Part shown: positions 1-10,101 of the stretch, piece by piece
Layout: each line of letters begins with the position of its first letter
Numbering within the stretch: position 1 is the stretch's first letter
Source: a virus
Lineage: Duplodnaviria > Caudoviricetes
Virus record (IMG/VR): IMGVR_UViG_3300049855_000194
Location: 1 to 51,109 of that record
Direction: 5' to 3' (one strand)
DNA: 51,109 bases
Notes under the pieces: generated by a model
The model's input: the letters and a program-made list of their open reading frames with translations, nothing else
Told to the model about the DNA's origin: nothing
The model's database searches: none
Position numbers and translations under genes: made by a program

Positions 1-127
1 CTTACCGGGGTTACTACACTCTACATAACAAAGCATACTGAGTTGCTCACTCCTACAGCTACTCAATCTACGAATGAGGCTACTTATCCAGGGTATACCC
101 GACTAGCTATTGGTAGAGATGCAGTTG
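1..127. repeat. Terminal direct repeat, left copy (identical to 50983-51109); probably assembler circular overlap
   Basis: cttaccgggg...gatgcagttg occurs at both ends, 127 nt; it falls inside a CDS and 127 is a common assembly k-mer. Confidence 0.9.
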
Positions 128-348
128 ATTGGTCGGACATTACCGCAGGGGTAGAGAATGCTGTACGCAAAGCTTTTGGGGCTAACTCTGGTTCTTCTCA
201 GACAGTTAAAGCTTTCGGTATAGGTACGTCCGCATCTGGAGCAGGCGATCTTATACTATATGGTACGATAAATGCTCCGACAGGTAAGGTTGTCGCACCG
301 GGTGATGCGCCATCATTTGAGATCGGCGATCTAGAAGTGATAGGGTAA
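1..348 (+). CDS. C-terminal part of a small tail/fibre-associated protein that starts at 50920 and crosses the circular junction
   Basis: Frame is continuous from ATG 50920 (MPLTTAWREK...) through the repeat; NEATYPGYTR and GDLILYGTI resemble small phage tail fibre proteins. Confidence 0.65.
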   Translation, partial: LTGVTTLYITKHTELLTPTATQSTNEATYPGYTRLAIGRDAVDWSDITAGVENAVRKAFGANSGSSQTVKAFGIGTSASGAGDLILYGTINAPTGKVVAPGDAPSFEIGDLEVIG

Positions 349-352
349 AGCC

Positions 353-2092
353 ATGGCAGATTACTTTGTAGATTTTTCAGCAGGCTCGCACGGTACTGGA
401 ACTTTTGCCAGCCCTTACAATACTCTAGTACATACATCTTCATATACATTATGTAACTCGTCAGATACTGTATGGGTACGACGTAATCGAACAAGTACGT
501 GGTCTACAGGTAAGATCGCTCCAAATATACTTAAAGCAGGTAAGATAGTTGGCTGGCCAACAGCTACTGATCCATATTATTCTATAAGGCCATCTTCGGC
601 ACAAGCTACCTGGGATCCTGACCCAGCTGTAAATCCTAAGATTGTAAAAACTACAACGGTTACTGGGGAGTATTTAGTAGTTTTAGATGATGGTGGAATT
701 GTAGAATTATGCAATATAGATGGTAGTATAAATACTAATATAGCCGGACCTAACGCTGCTATAATAGCAAGTACTGCTGTCGATACTAAAGTTGTTATCC
801 TTACAAATTGTGCATTCACAAGCAGAGTAGAGCAGGCTGGTGTAAGAAGTGGTAGTCTATTCTTATGTACTAATGGTGGCACTGCAGACATCTATATTGA
901 TGCAAGAGTAAATAATTGTTCGTGGCACTTTAAAAACGAAGGCGGTACACTCTCGGCAGCAGGGTTTACTACATCTGCGATGTCCTACCAAGATGCAGCC
1001 AATGGAAGGGGAGGTTTGAGTGGCTCTACAAGGTTTGTAAACTGTACATTTAAGATGGATTATCCAGTTGCATTCCAGGCAGAAACTGGAGGCAGCCCCA
1101 TCAATTCTGTACGTGGGACATTTATAAGATGTACCATGGAGTGGACAGTTCATATTACTACAAATGCTGCGGGATGCATAGCTCCGAGCATTGCTGTGCT
1201 TTATGCTGCCCCAGCACATCTTATAGATTGTACGTTTAAATCTGTCTATGCTGGAACAGTTGACCAAAATATATTGTTAATAACCTCTGCGCCACAACAA
1301 AATGACCTAAGCCGTTTCACAGTACGAGGCTTAAAAGTAATAGGCTTTAATGAGATAAATGTTGATCGTCTAGGAGAAGTACACATAGCGGACGCTACCG
1401 TGGACACCATACGTTTACGAGGCGGTGGAATATATACATTGGATAACGTAAACGCTACTACTCTGCGTGTAAATAAAGATAACCAAGGTCTAACAGCCAG
1501 CCCACAGATATGCACAGCTTTCCTAAAGAACTATAATGCAGGATTGGCGATAACTAGAAATCTAGCTTCCGTAGTATTTGCAACAGGGGCCAATAATGCT
1601 CCGTCTAGCTGGAATAAGCTAGACTCTCACGGTACAGTATCCGCTGCCACCCCATACAGAGCTGGAGGGGAAGGCTTCTCTATGAAGCTACTTGCAGCAA
1701 TACCATATGTAGCTTTCTCGCCAGGAATAATGTCTAATGTTAGAGGGCTTGAGACTATCTTCGCTAGTTGTGGATCGGGCGCTAGAACAGTAACTATATT
1801 CGGCTACCATAAAGCGTTTGCCCCACAGGTTCCAGATACTGAAAATATATTTGCAGAGGTAGAATACAGAGGCGCCTCATCCACCAGCATAGAAACGAGT
1901 AGAGCTAATGTTGTAGGTACATCGCTAACAAGTGATGCATCTACTTGGACGGGTGTATCAGGCGGGACTCCATTCAAGATAGTACTATCATTCACAGCCG
2001 CCGGAAACCAAGCAGTAGCAATTAGAATAGGAACTACATTATCTCAAGCTGCTGGAGAACTTTATATAGATCCAAAGCCTGTGGTGACTTAA
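353..2092 (+). CDS. Putative tailspike / receptor-binding protein (beta-helix-like)
   Basis: N-terminal YFVD..GTGTFASPY motif typical of pectin-lyase-fold proteins; repeated xxNCxF strands; lies after the tail-tip genes. Confidence 0.55.
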   Translation: MADYFVDFSAGSHGTGTFASPYNTLVHTSSYTLCNSSDTVWVRRNRTSTWSTGKIAPNILKAGKIVGWPTATDPYYSIRPSSAQATWDPDPAVNPKIVKTTTVTGEYLVVLDDGGIVELCNIDGSINTNIAGPNAAIIASTAVDTKVVILTNCAFTSRVEQAGVRSGSLFLCTNGGTADIYIDARVNNCSWHFKNEGGTLSAAGFTTSAMSYQDAANGRGGLSGSTRFVNCTFKMDYPVAFQAETGGSPINSVRGTFIRCTMEWTVHITTNAAGCIAPSIAVLYAAPAHLIDCTFKSVYAGTVDQNILLITSAPQQNDLSRFTVRGLKVIGFNEINVDRLGEVHIADATVDTIRLRGGGIYTLDNVNATTLRVNKDNQGLTASPQICTAFLKNYNAGLAITRNLASVVFATGANNAPSSWNKLDSHGTVSAATPYRAGGEGFSMKLLAAIPYVAFSPGIMSNVRGLETIFASCGSGARTVTIFGYHKAFAPQVPDTENIFAEVEYRGASSTSIETSRANVVGTSLTSDASTWTGVSGGTPFKIVLSFTAAGNQAVAIRIGTTLSQAAGELYIDPKPVVT

Positions 2093-2093
2093 T

Positions 2094-2723
2094 ATGTATT
2101 TTGGATTAGGGGCCGTCGGCGCTAATCGTGCAAAATTAACCGCAGGGCCTACGGAAGCGTATGGTCCTGCGGTTGTTTACGTAATACCAGATTCCAGTAT
2201 AGAAAAAGCGAGGTTTTTCACTCGCTTACACGAAGTATCCTTAGCAACTTATAAAGTTAACGGTATAGGATTTATAGCATCTCAAAGTTACCCAAGTTAT
2301 ATTGGTCCGGTTTCTTACAAAGAAGCTATGGTAGGGGTAGCTCCAGATACATTTTCTACTATAGAAGCTACCTGTATTTTAACAGGGGCTCACGATGTTG
2401 CATATATACTTGGTAGCTCTACCGATAATGACTCCGCAATAAATTCTCAAGCCACTCTATCTATATTTCCTTTTCTTAAAGGGATTGCGGGAGATACGTT
2501 TGCCACAATAGACGCTGTAGCTCTACTTACAGAGGCAATAGAGATACAGGGTATTTCTAACGGTAATGAAGCGGTACAGACGGCTACCCTATTCCTATCT
2601 TCACCACTACCTATGCAAGCTTCTGCAAGCGGGATAGATTGTGGTGAAACTTCTAATGCCTACCTATTTACCTACAATTTTTCAGTAGGTAATTTTACTT
2701 GGGCACCTGGAATAGCTTGGTAG
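2094..2723 (+). CDS. Hypothetical protein, probably tail-associated
   Basis: 209-aa ORF tightly coupled to the upstream gene; last gene of the plus arm. Confidence 0.5.
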   Translation: MYFGLGAVGANRAKLTAGPTEAYGPAVVYVIPDSSIEKARFFTRLHEVSLATYKVNGIGFIASQSYPSYIGPVSYKEAMVGVAPDTFSTIEATCILTGAHDVAYILGSSTDNDSAINSQATLSIFPFLKGIAGDTFATIDAVALLTEAIEIQGISNGNEAVQTATLFLSSPLPMQASASGIDCGETSNAYLFTYNFSVGNFTWAPGIAW

Positions 2724-2946
2724 AAAGCTTATCTAGAATGTCCAATAGCTTGTCTTGAAACTTATCTTTAAACTGTTCCTCTGCTGTAAACAAAGTTACA
2801 ACCTCCTTATCTTCGTAAATAACCTCTATACACTTACGAGAGTATGGATCTGGCGCATCACATATGTGTACCATGCGGACGCCTTCGAGGTTAAGTAGCA
2901 TGTCTATAGCGTCATCTGTTTTATTTAGCCTTATGAAGCAACTCAT
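2695..2946 (-). CDS. Hypothetical protein
   Basis: 83-aa ORF overlapping the end of the polymerase gene. Confidence 0.5.
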   Translation of the reverse strand: MSCFIRLNKTDDAIDMLLNLEGVRMVHICDAPDPYSRKCIEVIYEDKEVVTLFTAEEQFKDKFQDKLLDILDKLSTKLFQVPK

Positions 2947-4291
2947 CGAATGTTCCTTTCACATCGAAGTGGTTATTAACTTTAGGTAGCTTAATCAAAT
3001 TCGACCATTTATCTGTAGCCAATTCAAAGTCACAGGTGATTGGGATACGGAACGGGCATTCATCCATTATTGCAGCTACTTGCTCAACGTAGAACTGAGC
3101 ATACTCAATTGGCATAATGGCGAAGTCACTGTCATGTATGTTATCAATCATCAGGGCTTCTGGACACCGGCGAGTGTGAATCTCTACAAGTATCTGCTTA
3201 AATAAATCCGCAGCGCCGCCTTGGATAATAGCATTCAATCCAATGTAAGATAACTCTACAGGTATGCGATACTGTCTGCCGAAAAAGTTACGTACAAATC
3301 CACGGATTTGTAGAGCTTCTTTAACCTTCTTCATCAACTGCTTAATTTCTGGAAGAGTTGAATGGTATTCTTCTAGAACATTATTACCTATCGCTTGTGC
3401 GACATCTGGCGGGATAGGTAATGGATATTCTGGTACAATGAGGCCACCAGAATAACGAGTGGCTGTCGTCCTGAAGATAGGTGAATCGACACCTTCTTCA
3501 CCAAGCGCTTTAATAATACTACGCTTAGTCTTGGCTTGACCCATGCCATAAATAACTCCGAAATTAATAGGTTTAATGGGTTTACGTGGGAAGCCTAGTG
3601 CATCTGCACGTAGCTTATGATAGTCAATATCAGGATTCTTTTTGTATGCTTCAGTTATAATATCATTATTTGCGTAATGCGCAAAGATACGGTACTCTAC
3701 CTGCGACAAGTCCCATTTAACTCCAACATATCCAGGCGGTATAACCATGGCACCAAGCACCCACTCTGGGAAGTTCTGTGCGTTTGGCTCTGAGCAGGAA
3801 AGTCTACTTGTCTTAGTACCGTGTTGCTTGAAGTTAGGATGAATTCTATTCGTCTTGTCGATTCTAGATAACCAACCTTCGCAGAACAATGCTTTGTCTT
3901 GTTCTGCTTCAGATAGCTTGATAAGTAAGTCGGCTAGCTTGGCGGCGTCCACACCGTGTAGAATTGGAGAGATTTGTTTTAGAACTTCCGACTTCCACGA
4001 TGATTGCTTGATACCTTTTTTACCGCCGTCTGTGTATTCAATAGGTGTAACTTTATACCTACCTTCAAAGATTGCACGTACCTGTTGATCACTTGAGGGA
4101 TTGAAATTTTGGACGCCAACAAGTACATCAATCTCCTTGCGTAAGGCGATTACTTCACACAACAAATCCATCAACCTCACTTGGAGGAATCTGGCGTCCA
4201 CATCGATGCCAATATTCTCGCAAGTAAAAAGTAGATCTGTAAATCTAGACTCATTATCTAGTAGCTCTAGCTCGGTAGTTGCCCACTTCAT
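2921..4291 (-). CDS. polA: DNA polymerase family A, polymerase domain only
   Basis: GTKTSRLSCSEPNAQNFP, motif A DLSQVEYR, motif B RKPIKPINFGVIYG, NAIIQGGAAD, motif C IHDS. Confidence 0.93.
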   Translation of the reverse strand: MKWATTELELLDNESRFTDLLFTCENIGIDVDARFLQVRLMDLLCEVIALRKEIDVLVGVQNFNPSSDQQVRAIFEGRYKVTPIEYTDGGKKGIKQSSWKSEVLKQISPILHGVDAAKLADLLIKLSEAEQDKALFCEGWLSRIDKTNRIHPNFKQHGTKTSRLSCSEPNAQNFPEWVLGAMVIPPGYVGVKWDLSQVEYRIFAHYANNDIITEAYKKNPDIDYHKLRADALGFPRKPIKPINFGVIYGMGQAKTKRSIIKALGEEGVDSPIFRTTATRYSGGLIVPEYPLPIPPDVAQAIGNNVLEEYHSTLPEIKQLMKKVKEALQIRGFVRNFFGRQYRIPVELSYIGLNAIIQGGAADLFKQILVEIHTRRCPEALMIDNIHDSDFAIMPIEYAQFYVEQVAAIMDECPFRIPITCDFELATDKWSNLIKLPKVNNHFDVKGTFDELLHKAK

Positions 4292-4524
4292 GATTCTTCC
4301 TCGCTGTTAAGCCTGCGTACTCTATCTGCAATTTGGGCATCGTAGTTTACTACAAATTCTCTGATAGCTCCCATTCTAGAATACCAACAACCGGAGCCAT
4401 CCGTGTATCGGATACTTTCATTACCATTTTGAACTGTAACAATGATTTGTACTGCACTTACATGCTCTGCTATCTGAGCTACATGTTGTTCTAGTAGCTT
4501 CTTAATTCGTTCGTCTAGATTCAT
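4288..4524 (-). CDS. Small hypothetical protein between the two polymerase halves
   Basis: 78-aa ORF with ATGA overlaps at both ends; GSGCWYSRMG motif. Confidence 0.75.
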   Translation of the reverse strand: MNLDERIKKLLEQHVAQIAEHVSAVQIIVTVQNGNESIRYTDGSGCWYSRMGAIREFVVNYDAQIADRVRRLNSEEES

Positions 4525-5135
4525 TTTCTAGCCTTTAATCCTTGTAGAAGGAATGCGTACAATCCCTCGGTGGCATATAGATCATCTATCAAATACTTAC
4601 CAAGTAAATCTAGAGGCACAGCTCCATAGTCTTTCGTTTTCATTTGTTCAGTCCAAGCTTCAACAGCTTTAGACTTTGTATGCTCTAGATTAAAAGCTGT
4701 ACATAGGGAAGATAATGAGTAGCTCATTAAAGAATTATCATACAACCTACCCATTATTTGTGTATCGAAAATACGTAGGTTTGAATTAGATAAAAGTATT
4801 CCATCTTGTATCATGAAGTGCTGATCAAATTTTGGATTAGCATTAACATAATTCTGAATCTGCGTCGCCCATTCCGCAAGCAAAGCACACGTCTGCTCCA
4901 GTGGCATCAGTGTCTTTGCACTGCGATGGCGAATGGCTACGGTTATTGGATCTCTATTTACCCACTTAATTCCTATCATTGCAGATCTATGGCCGGCATA
5001 TGCTTGGAATGCTTCCTCCTTATCGTTGAATGAGATTGTTTCTATGTCGATTATAACAGGTGTAGATAGAGGAACGGTATCGAATAGATACCGTTCCAAC
5101 TGTTCTAGATCTACAACTGAATCGTAGTAGTTCAT
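4521..5135 (-). CDS. DNA polymerase A 3'-5' exonuclease domain, stand-alone
   Basis: ExoI IIDIET, ExoII NPKFD, FDTQIM, ExoIII YLIDD. Confidence 0.85.
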   Translation of the reverse strand: MNYYDSVVDLEQLERYLFDTVPLSTPVIIDIETISFNDKEEAFQAYAGHRSAMIGIKWVNRDPITVAIRHRSAKTLMPLEQTCALLAEWATQIQNYVNANPKFDQHFMIQDGILLSNSNLRIFDTQIMGRLYDNSLMSYSLSSLCTAFNLEHTKSKAVEAWTEQMKTKDYGAVPLDLLGKYLIDDLYATEGLYAFLLQGLKARK

Positions 5136-7978
5136 ATTTCGCCTGACTGTAAGATTTGCCTAGCTGTCTTATCTACAAGATTACCTGCCCTATCCATTGC
5201 TTTAAGCAAATCTATAAAGGCGGAAGTCTTACGGTATCCGCCTTTACGGGAACGCTTAATACAATTGTTTCTAGCTAGCATACCTAGAACTTCTTGTGCT
5301 CTTTCAAATGGAAGCTCTGTATTATTTGAAATGTCACCTGCGTTCAGAGTCTCCGCTTCAAGTAGCATGCTTACAAAAGTAGCACAGTGTGGTAGTGCTT
5401 TGATGCTCAGTTCTACTTCTGCTGCATCCTTGAGAATGAATTCCCCCTTCTGCGTTACGGAATAATCATAGTAACCTAGGCTTGCACTCTTGTATATACG
5501 ATTCAAGAACTCTTCTATAACTTGTACGTGTGCTTTCCTAACGCATACACGCCCATCTGGAAGCACAGAAAACGTACGTATAGCTAGACTTACGGACAAT
5601 CTAGCCAGCTTCAAACGCTGGTCGGCAGGCTCAACAATAGGGCATGCGGATGAGTAGGTTTCGCCCATTCGCTTAGCTACTTCTAGAATCTCTCCATATG
5701 CATCATCCTCAATTACAATGTCATTTGCAGTCCTACTCCATGCGAATGATACAAGGTTAGAGCAAAGCTCACTAGTATGTACATGAAGAATTTCGCTGGT
5801 TCTACGACTATTGATTACATCAATAGGTACATCCCCGCTTGCCACGGCAATGACCATATCAAAACGGCGGATGTCTTCTAGTGCTCCAACCAATTCACGT
5901 ACAGCTTCTACACCGTAGTTATACGCGCCAATCTTGTTATCACTTCGAGGATTAGAAATCCAGATCAATCGTGTTCTAGCTTTAGCTTTCGAACGTTCAA
6001 TCTTGCTGATTTCAGCGATACCAGAGCTACGCATATCCGTCATACGTGCAAGCTCAAGTTCCCCCATACCTTTGACTTCCTCCAGGATTACTAGACGACT
6101 GTCATTTAAAGGTATAGCTCCCCATGTGACGAACCAACGATTGCTAGTTTCCTGCAATCCACCCACAATACCTGCAACGCTAGCACGCTTACAGTCAATG
6201 CGCTCGCCGCACTTGTAGTGATCGGACATACGAGTAGATGTCTCTGACTTACCCTGCCCGGAGTCACCAATAGCTAGCACATCACACCAGCCTTTAATTT
6301 CACGACCTTCGAAATTTATGTGTAATGCTGAATGCCAAGCTAGATCATAGAACAAATGCAAATCTGGACGCCGATAAATGCGTGTTACATTTTGCGCTAG
6401 GTCTGCATACAGCTCATCAAGCTTCTTATTTATAGAAGCGGGCGTCCACTCCTTAGGTGAGAAAATGGACAGGTCTACTGTGTGCTTGTAGTTCTGTATA
6501 TCATTCTCTACTGGCGAGGCTTCGTATAGAACCAACGTTGCATGCGAATCAGTAGGTTCGGATACAGCGCGGGCTTGGAAATCGTAAGCCATATTACAAG
6601 CAATATTCGAGCCAACATAATACGCCTTACGTGTAACTTGTTCTTCATTACTAGAGCCAATCTTAATTTGAGGAATTAAACGAACTTCTTCTACGTTGAA
6701 GGACTCCTGAACCTCCAGCTTGGACGCCTTACATTTGCTAGGAATCCCGCCAAAGTCTTTAACTTTCTGGCGCTGCTTATCTTCGCCGGTATTAATAAGC
6801 TCTAGCAATACACGAGACTCCTTAGGAATCGTAATAATGTAGTCATCCTTCTCACTTGCATATGCTGGACAGAAAGCACAATACTCTTTATCACGATTAC
6901 ATACAACCTTGCTCTTAGACGGTACAACATATGGTGAGGTATCCTTAGCTGATACGACAGCCACAGTCTCTACAAGTTTACCACTATATTTAGCATTAGC
7001 AGATTGAGCGAGGTTAACTTTTACTGGTTCGTTATATTCCTCAGCAAATCCACCAATGGTATTAGCTGCCCGCATAGGCGTCCAACTATCAATCTTATCA
7101 CGCAGGCTAGCTTTGTTAAGCTGCTTAGCTACAAAGTAGTCTGTGATGTCTCCATTGCTGATGTCTGAAACTTCTGTAAGAACTATGTTCTTTACAGAGC
7201 GAGCGAAGCGGGAGATTACGTAGCCAATTTTCTCCGCAGCTTTTCTACCGGGTGCGTCCACATCGAATATAATTACTACATCTTTACCTTTAAACAATCC
7301 AGCCCAAGATACTTTGAAACCTGCTGCACCACCTGTACTAGATACGGCATTGAATCCGTGCTGATTCAGAAGGATAGCTTTAAACTCCCCTTCTGTTATG
7401 ATAACCTCATCTCCTTTAGATATGTTGTCGAAAAGAAATAGAGTAGCGGGAGCACCTTTACTGCCAAGTATCTTAGCTTCATCTCCTGCAATATCGTACT
7501 TATATTGACGGATATTTACGAGAGTTTCATTGCGATCATATACTGGAATCGTTATACGCTTAGAAGAACCGTAGTAACCTAAGCGATACTTTTGCACCGA
7601 CTCTATATTTATACCATGCTTATGGTATAGCTTACCTAGAAACTCCTTGTTGCACATCAGCTCGTTATGACACAGTTCAACCAGAGCTGGGTCTACTTCA
7701 ACTTTTTGTGTACCGAATATATTGTCAGCATGTGCGGAGATTACATCTATAGGCTGATTCAATTTAGTGGAGAGGAACTTCAGTATATTCGCTGGTGCGC
7801 CACAAGAGAAGCAATTGAATACTCCGCTCTTTTTATTTATACCGCCGTGCGCATTACTTAGATCGTCACTATCTTTGTGGAATGGGCAAGTTACTTTCAC
7901 CCACTCAGATGAGCCTTCTGATTCTAAGAAGGGTATCTGAAAGAGCTTTAATAGATATGCTGGTTCGCGCTTGATCAC
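5132..7978 (-). CDS. Primase-helicase fusion: CHC2 zinc finger + TOPRIM primase + MCM-like AAA+ helicase
   Basis: CPFH...CFSC; ITEGEFKA and FDVD (TOPRIM); GDSGQGKS, GAIPLNDSRLVILEE, ARTRLIWISNP, RRFD (MCM signatures). Confidence 0.88.
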   Translation of the reverse strand: MIKREPAYLLKLFQIPFLESEGSSEWVKVTCPFHKDSDDLSNAHGGINKKSGVFNCFSCGAPANILKFLSTKLNQPIDVISAHADNIFGTQKVEVDPALVELCHNELMCNKEFLGKLYHKHGINIESVQKYRLGYYGSSKRITIPVYDRNETLVNIRQYKYDIAGDEAKILGSKGAPATLFLFDNISKGDEVIITEGEFKAILLNQHGFNAVSSTGGAAGFKVSWAGLFKGKDVVIIFDVDAPGRKAAEKIGYVISRFARSVKNIVLTEVSDISNGDITDYFVAKQLNKASLRDKIDSWTPMRAANTIGGFAEEYNEPVKVNLAQSANAKYSGKLVETVAVVSAKDTSPYVVPSKSKVVCNRDKEYCAFCPAYASEKDDYIITIPKESRVLLELINTGEDKQRQKVKDFGGIPSKCKASKLEVQESFNVEEVRLIPQIKIGSSNEEQVTRKAYYVGSNIACNMAYDFQARAVSEPTDSHATLVLYEASPVENDIQNYKHTVDLSIFSPKEWTPASINKKLDELYADLAQNVTRIYRRPDLHLFYDLAWHSALHINFEGREIKGWCDVLAIGDSGQGKSETSTRMSDHYKCGERIDCKRASVAGIVGGLQETSNRWFVTWGAIPLNDSRLVILEEVKGMGELELARMTDMRSSGIAEISKIERSKAKARTRLIWISNPRSDNKIGAYNYGVEAVRELVGALEDIRRFDMVIAVASGDVPIDVINSRRTSEILHVHTSELCSNLVSFAWSRTANDIVIEDDAYGEILEVAKRMGETYSSACPIVEPADQRLKLARLSVSLAIRTFSVLPDGRVCVRKAHVQVIEEFLNRIYKSASLGYYDYSVTQKGEFILKDAAEVELSIKALPHCATFVSMLLEAETLNAGDISNNTELPFERAQEVLGMLARNNCIKRSRKGGYRKTSAFIDLLKAMDRAGNLVDKTARQILQSGEI

Positions 7979-7990
7979 GCTAAACCTCTA

Positions 7991-8584
7991 TCAGAAATCG
8001 CTAATAATCTGTTTAGCGAATTTCTCTAGTAGTTTGTGATCTCCCTTAACTGCTATGAAAGCTTCGTCTAGCAGGTTCTCGGTTATTCCAGCTTCTGATC
8101 TATGTGTGTCTATTACCGTATCTGTAACTGCGTCCAATTTCTTAATACGATAGACCTTACCACCAAGCCCCTTAACCAAAGTAGCTTCCATATCAAATCG
8201 GGCATCATCAATAATTACAATTATTTCAGTCTCTAGCTTACCCTCATCTACAGCAATTTCTTCCACCTGCTTCTTCAGTATACGTAGAAAGAAATCCTCC
8301 CCAAATCCACCTTCGTGACCAATCCCAGGTTCCTTACGTATAATGTCTGCAAACTTCTGCATGATAAAACGCGGTGTAAGACCCCATTCAGTAAGCGTAG
8401 TTTCTTTATCGCTACCAAACCAGTGAGCTGCTGTGCCACCAAACAAGATATGGCAAGCCATTTTCAAAGGCTGTGCAAAAGATATGCGTACGACGTGATG
8501 AGTCTCTTTTGTTAGTTGCTCTATGTATGTAGCTATGGTGGATTTACCGTGCCCTTTAGGGCCAGTAAGTGCAATGATCTTCAT
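7991..8584 (-). CDS. Deoxynucleoside monophosphate kinase
   Basis: IALTGPKGHGKST, SFAQPLK, TPRFIMQ, IDDARF, HRSE. Confidence 0.88.
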   Translation of the reverse strand: MKIIALTGPKGHGKSTIATYIEQLTKETHHVVRISFAQPLKMACHILFGGTAAHWFGSDKETTLTEWGLTPRFIMQKFADIIRKEPGIGHEGGFGEDFFLRILKKQVEEIAVDEGKLETEIIVIIDDARFDMEATLVKGLGGKVYRIKKLDAVTDTVIDTHRSEAGITENLLDEAFIAVKGDHKLLEKFAKQIISDF

Positions 8585-8616
8585 ATGTTTAATCTTGTTT
8601 GTTTTAGGTTAAGACG

Positions 8617-8654
8617 AGTAAACCCCGCATGTTGTGTAGCATGCGAGGTTTACT
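8617..8654 (-). terminator. Long intergenic hairpin (terminator or RNA processing site)
   Basis: agtaaaccccgcatg / catgcgaggtttact, 15-bp stem with one G-U on the minus strand; weak U-tract. Confidence 0.5.
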
Positions 8655-8669
8655 TTAAATATCTACAGA

Positions 8670-9521
8670 TTAGAACGGTGGTTCGTTATCTGCTTTCGGT
8701 GCTACACGATCAGCAGCTGACTTAGCTGGGCCATTATTATTCAATGGTGTCTCTGGCGGAGTGGCGGTATGCGTATCGTCGGACTCGTTAGTATTCTTAG
8801 ACATAATCTCAGCACGGCGCTCCTTCAGCATATCACAAGTAGCTTTAAGCTCATCATGTGCGATGACAGGAGTGGCCTTGGAGCTACCAATCTGAGGAGT
8901 ATAGAACTTGTCGGTATCTTTAGTTTCTAGAATACTGTAGAGTTCCCACTGGTTGTACCAGATAGGTGCTTTAACTACACCATCTTCAAAACGGATCTTA
9001 GAATTCTTCAGCTTGTTCAGCCACATCTTACCAGTACGATGACCAGTCTTAGAGAAGTTCAGCACATACAGCTGGCTGAAATCCGTAAACCCATCCATCT
9101 CATTTGCCATAGCTACAATGAAATTGTAGTACTCTGTAACCCTGGCGCGATCCTTACCATCTACTTTGATAGTTTCCCAGCGCTCAGCAACCTTGGCTAG
9201 CTCACTGGAAGGATCATTGCTACGATTAAGGATACGCTGGTCCTTAGCGGCTTTACGATTCGGATTCCATTCAATCCATTCAAGCCAGAAGATCAAAGGA
9301 ACTACGAACTTTTTGGACTCCTTTGGAATGATAACTGTCTTAGTAGATACATCAGCAAAGTCACCTGACTTAGCGGCATCTTCAGTAACTAGCGGAGAGA
9401 GCGCCTGCATCAGCCGCAAATTCGGCATTATCATGTCGCGCTGGCGCATATCCTTGAAGTCGTCATCGGCTCCGCTGTAGATAGCTGGCATGTTAGCCTT
9501 GGTTGTGATAATCTCGCTCAT
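8670..9521 (-). CDS. Putative single-stranded DNA-binding / recombination protein
   Basis: DMIMPNLRLMQALSP motif, disordered tail ending EPPF, located in the replication cluster with its own promoter. Confidence 0.5.
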   Translation of the reverse strand: MSEIITTKANMPAIYSGADDDFKDMRQRDMIMPNLRLMQALSPLVTEDAAKSGDFADVSTKTVIIPKESKKFVVPLIFWLEWIEWNPNRKAAKDQRILNRSNDPSSELAKVAERWETIKVDGKDRARVTEYYNFIVAMANEMDGFTDFSQLYVLNFSKTGHRTGKMWLNKLKNSKIRFEDGVVKAPIWYNQWELYSILETKDTDKFYTPQIGSSKATPVIAHDELKATCDMLKERRAEIMSKNTNESDDTHTATPPETPLNNNGPAKSAADRVAPKADNEPPF

Positions 9522-9551
9522 TTTGAGTCTCTTTCTAGTGCGATTTGCACT

Positions 9552-9590
9552 GGGTATACTTTAATATACCATGGGTTTATGAAAAGTCAA
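9552..9590 (-). promoter_or_regulatory. Sigma70-like promoter TTGACT-N16-TATATT
   Basis: -35 at 9585-9590, -10 at 9563-9568; 20 nt identical to the promoter at 17844-17863. Confidence 0.8.
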
Positions 9591-9606
9591 GCAGTTTCTT
9601 TAGCAG

Positions 9607-10101
9607 TTAAATCTCTTGAGTTTGGACGCAAGAGTGGGTGATTAAAGCGTCGAATATATCATGGTCCCTCTGGCAATACGACTTAGGTACACCATCTTTA
9701 CGCCATACCAGCTTCGTTATTCCAGTAGCTATAATGTGCTTAGTACAGATAGGGCAAGGTTTATGTGTACAGAAAATGGCACACCCATCTACTGTTTCTT
9801 TAGCGTTCAAGATAGCATTCATCTCAGCATGGATTACAAAGTCATACTTTGTAATCTTATTGAAATCATCTGTATTCTCCCACACTTCCTTGAAATCTTT
9901 TACAGCTGAGGGGAAGCCATTATAACCTAGAGATATGATCTTCTTACTATAAGGATTGAAGACTACTGAACCTACCTTTGTTCGTGGATCTTTGGAGCGT
10001 CTAGATATTTCATCAGCTAGTTTTAAACACACGTCCACGAACTCGTATTCGCTTGTCAAAGTCGCTGTCGTGTTTGATATTAGACTTAAGGAACGCATCA
10101 T
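9607..10101 (-). CDS. dCMP deaminase
   Basis: SKDPRTKVG, GYNGFP, HAEMNAI, PCPIC. Confidence 0.92.
   Translation of the reverse strand: MMRSLSLISNTTATLTSEYEFVDVCLKLADEISRRSKDPRTKVGSVVFNPYSKKIISLGYNGFPSAVKDFKEVWENTDDFNKITKYDFVIHAEMNAILNAKETVDGCAIFCTHKPCPICTKHIIATGITKLVWRKDGVPKSYCQRDHDIFDALITHSCVQTQEI

Noticed and set aside
4288-4524. Group I intron or intein in polA
   Set aside because: The insert is one short coupled ORF with no intron core or endonuclease motifs that I can see, and both halves have their own start and stop
7991-10101. Modified-base pathway (Z base, hmU, 7-deazaguanine)
   Set aside because: Only dNMP kinase and dCMP deaminase are recognisable; no PurZ, thymidylate synthase-like, Que or DpdA genes seen
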